From: Trichosphaerium sp. ATCC 40318
Lineage: Eukaryota; Protista; Tubulinea
Reading direction: 5' to 3'
Length of the DNA stretch: 64,000 nt
Assembly (NCBI GenBank): GCA_038496445.1
Contig: JALMLS010000287.1
Location: forward strand, 1 to 64,000
Position 1 is the first letter of the stretch. Every line of letters begins with the position of its first letter. Positions 25,901 to 35,892 of the stretch are shown here, piece after piece. Made by a program: the position numbers and the translations under genes. The notes below the pieces were generated by a model. It was not told the origin of the DNA, did not search any database, and saw nothing but the letters and a program-made list of their open reading frames with translations.

Positions 25901-26365
25901 GAGTATCAAGGTCAACACCATTATAAAGATAATACGGGTATGTTCGGTACTGCTTCAATGCAAGAACGCCGAGATAGCAGGAAGGCTGATTTATGTCGAC
26001 GATTGGGTACTCAAGCAAACTGATTAATTTTGTTCTTCTTATTTGTTTTGAAAACGAACACATGATCGTCATTTGCGTTTGTATCAAAGTGTATACTTAC
26101 ATTCTCTTTAGGTATCACTATAGTACCTATTCCATATTGGTGGGAGCGTAACGATTTGGATGGATTGGCAGCTACAATTCAGTTTTTTAGGTACAAGCGG
26201 GTAAAACGATCTTTTGAAATGTCTCACATGTTTTAATTTAGACCAAATCTACGTCTTACTCAGAGTGGTCGAAGGCCACTTATTGATGACAACAATGATG
26301 AGTATGGAGGTAGTCTTATGTCTTCGGTGGAGGTACTAAGTGCGCAACAAACAATGAGTTTATGA
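22917..26365 (+). CDS. Protein with seven ~70-aa helical repeats and a C-terminal PD-(D/E)xK (DUF559/Vsr/RAP-like) nuclease-fold domain
   Basis: Repeat consensus P.G.W....N.....D.....L......DWY.V....(I/V)...GG...L..Y.GS....L...YP...W..W.F. C-terminus EEYR...LDIFIPDLNLAVEYQGQHHY...RRDSRKADLCRRLGITIVPIPYWW. About 17 introns. Confidence 0.85.
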
Positions 26366-28061
26366 CAAACCGCAATAAACTGTAAATGTAAAATAAAAAA
26401 TACTGAAAAAAAAAAACCACAACTTGGCATTTTTGTAACCAAATCTGAAATAGCAAAATAAGACGTGTTTGTAGTTCTTTAAGCACGCAGTTTATTTGGT
26501 TGTTTGCAACTACAATTGTGTAATTGTCAAGCCCTTCGCTTGCGTTACTCCGTTCAAACTCACTGCGTGAGATGGTGTTTAGGAAATAGACTCTTACGCG
26601 CATGGAATTCAAGCAAAAGCCGTTGGTGTATTGCCAGAAAATCAATAATTTTTTTCTGACAAGTCGTGACAAAATTGTAAGGTTGTCGGGAGTTTACGGT
26701 TACCTTGTACAATAGCCACCATCATACAACTTGCAGCGTAACAGTGCCACATTGCATTTGATGGCTTTTATAACGGGAGATCTCGGTGTAGAATATCTCG
26801 GCTGTGCGGCAGTGTTAGTGCTCTCGCACGTATATGTTACGTAAAAGGGAGTTAAACCTACATGAAGTTAAAAAAAAAACAGCAAAACACATCAAAAAGA
26901 ACAAGAATTCCATCGTTATACTCACTCCTACAACTCGCCTAGTGTCCGAGTATCGATTCTAGTGCTTTTTACCTGTTTTACTCCGCTCGTCTGTGCGTTT
27001 TTTTCCAAACCAGTTGAGAAGAAAAAAAAAAAATTATGCTAAACATGTGCCCGAACGTCATTACACCAGTTGAAACGGTAGCGCAAAGGCAACAAGAAAC
27101 AAAACTTTTTTTTTTTGTCTGGATTGGTTTTGTTGGATTATTTACACTTTTTTCGAAAAACGTTTACAAGACGAAGTAATCGGTTGCAATAGCATTAGAA
27201 GGCTTCGTCTTTGCGTCGGGATGGGTCACCGTGCGCTTTGTTCGTCATCATAGCTCGCAGTTTCTTCCATTGTGTTATACCATAAGTAGCTGTAGGTTAA
27301 TTTAAACCCTTGGCTGCATGTTTGAGGGACTTTTGGGAATAGGTCGACAGGAGTTGGAAATGTTGGTTTGTTTCGCACCAAGCAAGGTGATAGAGTCAGA
27401 ACTGTTCCAGTGGTAGTAGTTTGAGCTGGTAATGTGGCCATGTTTACGTGTAATGTTCAAGTTGCTGTGAAAGCTCTAAAAATCGATTAGATCTCTTTTA
27501 ATCGATGTAATATCGCTAACGAACGGGTAGCGAAAAGATGAGAAATTTTTTTGGGCAGAGCGCAGAAACAATTGAATAGTACCTTTGGGAGTGCTTAGAA
27601 ACACTTAAAATGATAGAGATGCTTGTAGCTTGACTTTGTAAAGTGCGAAAATTATTTTTCAAGATCGGTCTATCCTTGCTTAACTGATCACGTGATACAA
27701 AAAATACCAACAGATAGTTACCATTAACATAATAGTAAGTAGAAGAACAATGTTTAGTGATTTTTTGCCGAGGATTTTTTACGGAATGAATCTATTTTTT
27801 CTGTTTTTTCAGATGGGTGAAGAAGTTTCGCTGTATTTTTTTTCCCGCCTTTGCACGTGTCAAGATTGATCTCTTGGTACATTTACGTTTTATCTAGCTA
27901 CGTAGCTTTTTTTATTTTTACGATCTTGTCTATTTAAAGTGCACAGAATAAAAAGAGTTTTTGTTTAGCTTGACGCCGTACTTTCTATGATACCAATCGT
28001 TTTGTTATGGGTTTTTTATTTTTGTATAACACTCAGTAAAAGCAACGTCACGTCATATATT

Positions 28062-29815
28062 TCATGAGTACATGAGCTGTGGTTCAGGCATTAGTATTAT
28101 CCTATTGGGTCCTGTAGTTGTAGAAACGATGAACGAGTCAGTACCTAAGAAAATGTAAGATGAAATGTTCGGGTAAATTTGTTGGTACCAGTAGACGTTC
28201 CAGCGCGTAAACTCAAACTATAAACACCTGAACCTTCGTACTTGAGTGTATCCATTAATATGGTCGAAAGGGATGCACTTCCAGGCGCATGTGTTACCTA
28301 AAGTATGAGGGTAAATAACCAAGAAATGTCTGACATTTGATATTTTGACACGATTACTTGTATTTGTGTTGATGCTTCTACTGGCGTTTGATCATAGTCA
28401 ACCAATCTAATAAACATTTTTGTCATAGATGTACCATCCGGAGGTATTGAAGAAGGATTAAAATCGGCCTGTTGAAGAAGTTAGGAGCGACATTGCAAAC
28501 CGACAACTTTTTTTCTTCAAATATCTTACAGAAGAAGCAACAGCGTCTGGTACGCCTTTTTTAGTGCTGCGAAATGCCTCAAACTTTTGTTGTAGTTGAG
28601 TAACAGGATCTGGGGAACTATTTGATTGAAAAGCAACGCTATAAGACAAGTTAGAAAACCAAAACCAAACTCTTTCTTCATACTTTATATTCATAAAATA
28701 TGTTCCGTCAGCACATCCATTTGCGTTACATTGTGGTGTATCTATATCTCCGATACGTGCAACAATCATACCTTAATACATGAGACTACAGAGCGTTAGA
28801 GAAGACAATGTAGTTAGAAAACAATTACCAATCTTTTACTATCAAAACTACATTACCACCAATGTGACCTGGCTGTAAACCAACACGTCAGCATAACATC
28901 TTTAAACGTAAGAGTCTACCTTCTTATTATAGATAGGACAACCACAGCTTGTTGGATTGAATTGAGAGCAACTACAACGACCATCTCCGCCCACCTCTCC
29001 AGCAGCCTAAAGCAAAGTAAACAAATCGATTAAGTGTAAAAATTGTTGCGTGCTTTCATGCCAGCCATCAGAATATTCGGCATGTCTCCTTTGTATTCCA
29101 ATGTAGCTTGTTCTATTGCATCTATAACACATGCACCTAATCTACATCAGAACTGTACATGTAAATCTTGTTACCAGCCAGAACATTGCCTTGAATTGCA
29201 TAGTGAAGACTTCCCTACATAGTTGTCAACAAGTCTTCACGAATACGCCAAAGTACTCACCACTGAACCTTTAACACCACCTTTGTAAGCGCCATTCGAG
29301 CTACCAGAGAATGTTATTTCTCGTCCTTCTACGTCAGCAATACCGTATTGCCTACTTTGATGTCCAGAAATAGACTACAGGATATTTACTTTTATTCGAA
29401 ATGTCACGTGACAAAACAAAAAAAACGTTGAAATGTCATACTGCTAATTTCTGTAGTATTGTCGTTGGAGACTCTCCTCTATTGATACCATCGAACATAA
29501 CAGGTCTTCTTCGTCCATCAAAGTCTTAACAACAAAACTAGGTCACTCTTTGTTAATTCGTTAGTATGAACGTACCTCCAGCGCTCTGGCAAGCGCCTAC
29601 ACCTTTTCCAACTATTTACAAGGTTACTAATTGTCTGGATGCCTTTTATACGCACCCACGACAACAGGTACGATGCTAAGAAGGTCATAGTTGTTTAGAC
29701 AAGTAACTGTCCCAACAGCCACTTCTTTAGTGCGCGTATCAGTTAACGCTATTGACCAAGTTGCGTATATCACAGGCAAGAGAATGCTCACAATGACAAA
29801 CTGCTGTAACATCAT
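28062..29815 (-). CDS. Secreted DUF1028 (Ntn-hydrolase-like) protein with C-terminal Ig/invasin-like beta domain
   Basis: Signal peptide then TWSIALTDTRTKEVAVGTVTC; GVGACQS, RQYGIAD, YAIQGNVLAG, GGDGRC, PDPVTQL motifs typical of DUF1028; about 10 introns. Confidence 0.85.
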
Positions 29816-29889
29816 TTTCACAAACAGCGAAAACCATAATGGTCAAAACTTGGCTTTTGTCACGTGCAGTCAAACAACGTGGCAAAGAC

Positions 29890-30435
29890 ATGGAAAGAGA
29901 GCATAACAAAGGAAGTTTCGCACCGCTTGACTTGCCTCCTGAAGTACTGGTCATCATAATATCAAAATTAAACGATAATGATGCTCTGAGCGCTTCTGCT
30001 ACGTGTAGGCTTATGAGAGAACTTTGCAAGAAGAGAAACAAGAAGACAAGAGAGTTAATGTCAAAACGAGTACAAATCTCCAAGAACATCCGCATACCGA
30101 AGAGATCAATGTTAGTAGTGATGAGCTCGTACCGTGATTCTTTCAATGGACATGATGAGGACTTGACTAAGTACGTATGGCGTGTATTATCAGTAAATAC
30201 CGGTCAACTGATAGCATCCATTTCCTTGAACTTCTGTAGCAAGAGGAAAGTTTGGACAATAAAGTATGTATCTCAAGTCACGTCTGGTGAATGGGAGACT
30301 TTTCAAGAGTCGCCGAGCTATTCAAAAGCAAATCAAAGTGTTATTGCATTGATACACAAAAAGATACCTCTTGTAAATGCTCAATATATACGTGGTAATC
30401 ATGTAACTGTCACAGCTTTGGATTCATGGTATTAG
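29890..30435 (+). CDS. F-box protein, intronless
   Basis: MEREHNKGSFAPLDLPPEVLVIIISKLNDNDALSASATCRLMRELC F-box followed by a beta-rich C-terminal part. Confidence 0.8.
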   Translation: MEREHNKGSFAPLDLPPEVLVIIISKLNDNDALSASATCRLMRELCKKRNKKTRELMSKRVQISKNIRIPKRSMLVVMSSYRDSFNGHDEDLTKYVWRVLSVNTGQLIASISLNFCSKRKVWTIKYVSQVTSGEWETFQESPSYSKANQSVIALIHKKIPLVNAQYIRGNHVTVTALDSWY

Positions 30436-30631
30436 AACCAAAGAAGTGGCACTGCTTGCATACGTACTCTAAATTATAAACGCAACTAGACCATGAAATA
30501 AAAGCACATGTTTCATTTCGGTGGAATAAACCAGGAGTAATCAAGTTATTCTTGTAAACAAAGACCTACACTTGTTACATAAACGAAAATGTCAGTTGTG
30601 CCGAGCCTGCGTCACTACAATTCACCTGTAG

Positions 30632-31622
30632 CATCATGTAGTACTACAATGCAAGACACTAACATCAGTTTTGCTCCTTTTTTATGTTTTTGTTGCCATA
30701 GCTCACGCCCTATGCGGCCAAGAGATACTGGAGCGTACAATCAAAAAGTTTGTTGAAAAACGAAAGCAAAGAACTTCTGGACACGTGCTGATTTCACGTG
30801 TTTTATGTGAAGTATCGAATCAAAATTCCGGAAATATCGTACATGTGGCAACAACTTATCATACTCACTTTTCTTATAGTGTAGGTGCCTGTAGATACAA
30901 GCGTCAGGTTAATGTTTGTTCTCAAGGTTATGCTATGGAAACGCTGTAGATATTGGGCCAGTTACCTCACAGTTCTTTGTTTCTGATAGAGACTGCGAAC
31001 CTTACGGTGCTATGACTGGGGTTCAAACGGACAGCCCAGGTTTAGACCCAAGACAATTTCAATGGAGATGTTGGGATGGAGACTTAGTATTTGAAAGTGC
31101 TGCATATGTTCAACACATATCTAATCTTCGTGAAGACTTTTCTTTTCAATGTGGAGATGGACAAGTTATACGTCGTAAGTAGTAATCAATACCAATATAT
31201 CCAATATTGATGTTGTTGTTACGGTATTGGAAGCTATTGGTTTGATAGAAAAGCAGATAGAGTGTTTAGAATACGGTGTCAGTACGTGACAATTATAGTT
31301 CACGTTTATCTTGTACTCACCCGTTTTAAGTACCCATGCAGAACTGAATTGTCATTCATACGATCACAATGTAATAAGTACGTTCGCAAAGTATTGTCAT
31401 ATGTGGAAAAGTCATTGTCAACTTAGCGATTCTACATGATTTTGGAGAACCTGGAGATAAAAATTGTCCAAAGGAAACTCCGTACTTTGTTGGTATATTC
31501 TCTAAATACAAGTATGAGTTTAATACAATACCTTGCTTCTATGTTTACACTTACGATTTCTTAGCTCTCCTTCTGGTGATAGGACTTTCGAAATTACGTG
31601 CGCTCGAGTAGAGTGCTCGTGA
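30632..31622 (+). CDS. Dermatopontin/amebocyte-aggregation-factor-like secreted protein (5' end uncertain)
   Basis: Hydrophobic leader LLLFYVFVAIAHALC; three repeats ending DPRQFQWRC, FSFQCGDGQVI..IGSYW...DRVFRIRC and CPKETPYFVGIFS...DRTFEITC. Confidence 0.55.
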
Positions 31623-31858
31623 TAAGTTAGATACAGTCACGTTTGTTGAGCTTCAAGAGCTTCAATAAACCGACAGTTACCAATAGCCGTTTTTGTATTC
31701 AATCACTACATGCCTTTCATTCATGTCCTTTGCTATCAATTGAAGTTCTTATGTACTGTAGCGCGTAATCATTAAGTCTTTGTGCAACCATGTTGACTAC
31801 AACTTAAAAGTTTCTGCTCTGTATCGCGGTTAATGTGTAGGAGGTAGACCACGGTTAA

Positions 31859-32158
31859 ACTGACAAAGGTGTAAAAGCACTTGTTGGAGTTCATGAGATT
31901 TACCTTGGTGACACTTCAGTAACAGATGAAGGTATAAAAACTCTCAAAGGTATACATACTATTGATTTAACTCGCACCAATGTAACAAATGACGGTATTG
32001 CATTTCTTTCAGGTGTTCATACAATTTACCTTTCTGGTTGCAGTTATGTTACAGATGAGGGCATCAAGGCACTTTCAGGTGTCCATACAATTTACCTTAC
32101 TGGTTGTAATGGTATTACAGACGAGGGTATTGTTAAATGGCTAGGTGGAGTTCTATGA
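31859..32158 (+). pseudogene. Start-less fragment of about 4.5 GVHTI-type LRRs
   Basis: Open frame TDKGVKALVGVHEIYLGDTSVTDEGIKTLKGIHTIDLTRTNVTNDGIAFLSGVHTIYLSGCSYVTDEGIKALSGVHTIYLTGCNGITDEGIVKWLGGVL*, preceded directly by TAA. No ATG or F-box; absent from the ORF track. Confidence 0.8.
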
Positions 32159-32524
32159 TAATCAGATAGCAGCTACAAGGCCACTAACCTCTATATTTTT
32201 ATTTGTTTTATCCATTTTCTTTTACAACTTCATGTACAAACCTACTTGGTGTAGCAAGTGCGTTAGAATATAAAATACATAATAAAAGCCATTTATCAGT
32301 AATAGCTGCCTTGTATATCTTTGAGTTACCTGCTCTTTTCAAGTATACCCCACTAATCGACATAAAAAAATGGACAAGGATGTTTCAGAATAGTTTCAGG
32401 GCAGGTGCGAAAGAGGAACGGAGAATGGGAGTAAGAACCGTCAAGGGATTTGACCTTATGCCACTACCTAGAGGGAGGGCAAACAGTAAATAAAGTCCAA
32501 CTGTTTTCAACAAGCAAGTGATAA

Positions 32525-32710
32525 ATTCTGCCCGGGTTTGCACTGCATTTCGCGAAATTCAATAGCATACAAATTAGGCTTATTCTAAGAAATCACGTTT
32601 TTGCCCTTGTCAACACAACATTTTTACGTAAAGAGAAAACATACCCATTTTGTGGTCAATCGTGGCTCTAATCAATTTCGCGAAAAGTAGTGCAAACCCG
32701 AGGGCAGAAT
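32525..32710. mobile_element. MITE-like element with ~36-bp imperfect terminal inverted repeats and possible ATAA target-site duplication
   Basis: Left end ATTCTGCCC--GGGTTTGCACTGCATTTCGCGAAATT; reverse complement of right end ATTCTGCCCTCGGGTTTGCACTACTTTTCGCGAAATT; ATAA at 32521-24 and 32711-14. Confidence 0.65.
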
Positions 32711-33126
32711 ATAAGGAATTCTAGCGTACGCCAAAAGACGGTCAAGACTTCCTTACAAGAAGTTTATTTCAAGGTCTATCACGTACGTACCCCGGGAATT
32801 TTCCCGGTGAACTTTGGCGTGGTTAAGCGAACTGGAATAATAGAAATAAGTTACGTATAACGCACGCATACAATTTTACGTGCTAATTGGGGAAATACGT
32901 CATCAGTTTCAGTCTGATTTTGCGAATAGTACACGAAATCACGAGAATAACGTCATGAGCTCTATTTAACACTATGAGTACGTTTATATTATCGGTAGTA
33001 CCTTGAATAAATTCTAGTGAAGCGTCGTGATAGTTGTCACGTGATGGTTTGGAGCATTCAGTTTATTTGAATTGTACTTAAGAGGTAGTCCTCAGAAAAA
33101 GAATTCAAAACACTAAGAAGCAGCAC

Positions 33127-33582
33127 ATGAGTAGTATGTATTACAACAACGGCAAACAAGTATGGGATATGGTTATAGATCCTAGAGAAGAACCAGTAAA
33201 GATGGGAACATTGCGTATACGTGTTGATAGAATTTCTAAGCTGAAGTACAACAATTACGCCCTTTGTCTTGAAGTCACGTTGGTAAAAGTATCCAAGAAG
33301 AAAAGAACTAGATGGTTATCTGCTTTAAATAAGATGAACTCAAAACGCAAGGTAGAAGAACCTCTCGTTGTTGTATTCAAACTACGGAGAAAATGTCAAA
33401 ACAAAACAGTAGCTAAGGCGTCTATTAATATCGAAGCCTTTGGTAACCTTACACAATCTTTCAAGAAAGAGTTTGATATAAAGATGAGGTCTAGGAATGG
33501 TAAAGAGTCTGTGCTTAGTATACTTGTAGATCACGAGCTCCATAAAATACACAACTACCTGTACTGTGATGGTAACAAATAA
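33127..33582 (+). CDS. Small basic C2/NT-C2-like domain protein, intronless
   Basis: 151-aa ORF with GTLRIRVDRISKL...LVVVFKLRRK..KTVAKASINI...SVLSILV beta pattern. Domain call is inference. Confidence 0.55.
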   Translation: MSSMYYNNGKQVWDMVIDPREEPVKMGTLRIRVDRISKLKYNNYALCLEVTLVKVSKKKRTRWLSALNKMNSKRKVEEPLVVVFKLRRKCQNKTVAKASINIEAFGNLTQSFKKEFDIKMRSRNGKESVLSILVDHELHKIHNYLYCDGNK

Positions 33583-33996
33583 AATACAATATTGTACATA
33601 TGAACAAGCAGAACCCATGAATCGTCTTGGATACGGTAAATTGTTTTTGCCAATCCCAATTTTCAGCAGCACGTGGTGCTTCACTATGAATCTGTAGATT
33701 CAAAGAACAGTTTATACCTTGTTGCGAACAGATTGTACCAGTAGTAACACTTTATAGGCATTGAAGATGATACCATAAGCTGAAATTGAGAATTCGGTAA
33801 AACCAATTTACCGTAAATCCAGAGAATTAGGTTCACTATTGTCAAGAAATCTACTGAGTGACTCAACCTTGTTTGCTGTTACATAAACCATTTTATCACT
33901 TCCAAGTTCCGTCAAGTTTAAACAAGAAGAAAAAAAAACACCCAAAGTCAGAGCCAGTAAACCGCACCATCATTGCCAATGAGGCAATAGGTTCTC

Positions 33997-34838
33997 ATGA
34001 CAACTTGCGAGGTGATATTAGACTCATTAAATGTGCTACCAACCCTTCTAACACATCAACATAGCTAAATATCTCGAAACCAGCGTATTGTCACCTATTA
34101 AACCTACCAGCCGAACTACATATTGTTATCATTGATTTAGACTACACAGTGTATAAAAAATGGCCTTTTCTATCGAAACAAGCAGCAACAAACACACGAT
34201 TTGATAATGAGTTAAAAAAACATGGTAAATGGCTTACAATAGGATACAAATCAACCGATTACATAAATCTACTCGCCTTAAAAAAAGTCCAATACTTTAG
34301 ACATGGTAAACCACATGGGAAGCTGTATGAGTGGTGTGGTAATGGTACTATGATGGTAGAATGTAGTTATATCAATGGTAAACGAGAAGGGGATTTAACA
34401 ATGTGGTATGGTAATGGTAAATTGAAGATACAATGTCACTACACTGATGATAAGCCTGATGGTGATCACAAGGAGTATTATAGTAATGGACAATTAGAGA
34501 AACATGTTGTTATTGTTGATAATAAGTATGAAGGAGAGTATAATCATTGGTTCTACAACAGTCAACTGAAGATACAGTCTCATTATATCAATGGTAAACT
34601 AGATGGAGAGTACAAACGTTGGTATAGTAATGGTACAATGGCTGAACATTGTACATATGTCAAAGATAAAATAGAAGGAGAGTGTAAAGAGTGGTATAAA
34701 AATGGACAATTGAAGGTGCTGTGTATGTATGTAGACAATAACCTAGAAGGAGAGTTTAAGCTTTGGAACTTTTATGGAGGATTAATAGAGCATGTTTATT
34801 TCTTGAATGGCAAACGTGTTGATCAACAACAAAATTGA
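33997..34838 (+). CDS. F-box-like + MORN_2 repeat protein (one 5' intron 34012-34064)
   Basis: MTTCE|LNISKPAYCHLLNLPAELHIVIIDLDYTVYKKWPFLSKQAATNTRFD, then about 7 MORN_2 repeats; CTAAC branch site and TAG acceptor. Close paralogue of 9100-9720. Confidence 0.85.
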
Positions 34839-34959
34839 TGTTTGAAGTCGTCTAAATGGTGAGATTGGCCTGCACATGATAAACAAAGGAACTAATGTCA
34901 ACAGCGTTGGATAGCTCTAGAAACAGGCACTTGTACTCATTGTTCATACCCAAGGACCT

Positions 34960-35290
34960 TGTTTGATTGTACTTCTACTTTGCCATGGACATAACAAAGT
35001 CTTGATAATCGACCATTGGCATGTCATGCCCTTCTCCATTGTACTCACTGTTGACGTAGTGACAATGTTGCTTCCATTTACCATCTGTATCCCACTCTTG
35101 TACGCACTTTCAAATACATCATTGGTATAATGCTCGGCTCTAAGTTGTCTACTTTCAAACCAACAGTTGAAACGCCATGTAGTTTCCTTTGACGTAAAAA
35201 CACTCAACACATACGCAGTTTCCATCATCTGGTCATATAAGGTCATGATGTCTATAAAACCAAATGCCATGGTGAGCAACTTGGAAAACT
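34960..35290 (-). pseudogene. Frameshifted MORN_2 repeat remnant in inverted orientation
   Basis: Across frameshifts reads ECFYVKG.LHG.FNCWFESRQL...YKEWDTDGKWKQHCHYVN.EYNGE...HANGRL...YVHGKVE. Confidence 0.65.
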
Positions 35291-35329
35291 GTACTATTGG
35301 CGCTGAGATACCTTGACTTTAGATTGTTG

Positions 35330-35530
35330 CTATGTCAATGGCAAACGAGAAGGGGATTTAACAATGTGGTACAGTGATGTTAAGTTGAGGACAGTCAAAC
35401 TATGTAGACAATAAACTAGAAGGAGAGTATAAGCGTTGGGGCTTTGATGGAGAATTGCTGGAGCACGTGCGTTTTTTGAATGGCAAACATGGGTCAATAA
35501 CAAAATTGATGTTTGAAGTCGTTCTCTAAA
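35330..35530 (+). pseudogene. Internally deleted partial copy of the 33997-34838 gene, including its 3' flank
   Basis: 35334-35395 matches 34371-34430; 35401-35522 matches 34728-34851 (shared tail CAAAATTGATGTTTGAAGTCGT). Confidence 0.8.
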
Positions 35531-35892
35531 ACGTATTGCTTGTATAAAACACGAGCTCTAATAAAATGTAACTTTATAGCCTTGGACAAAATCAGAATTC
35601 ACGTCGCCTCTGTACTGACAGAGTTTTTTGTTCACATGTACAACTTACTTCACAAATTAAGTTTAAATGACATCTTAATATTACCAAGACGTCATAATTG
35701 TTTGCGCTTGAGTTCATTGAATGTGTTTGCTAATTTAGTACAACTAAGCTTAAACGTTCCGAGATATACTTTTTACTAACGTTTCAAGGTAGACAATACC
35801 CTAAGGAACGTATTCTGAATATACTAGAGGCGCTTAAGGTAAATAAAAGTAAATAAAGCCACAACCTCTACAAAGCACAGTAAACACGTCAA

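Noticed and set aside
34060-34066. Lost start codon (ATAG for ATG) in the MORN gene
   Set aside because: The TAG is better explained as a splice acceptor, with a CTAAC branch site and an in-phase upstream exon ATGACAACTTGCGAG|GT.
34371-35530. Diversity-generating retroelement VR/TR pair
   Set aside because: Mismatches between gene and copy affect all four bases rather than adenines only, and no reverse transcriptase is present.
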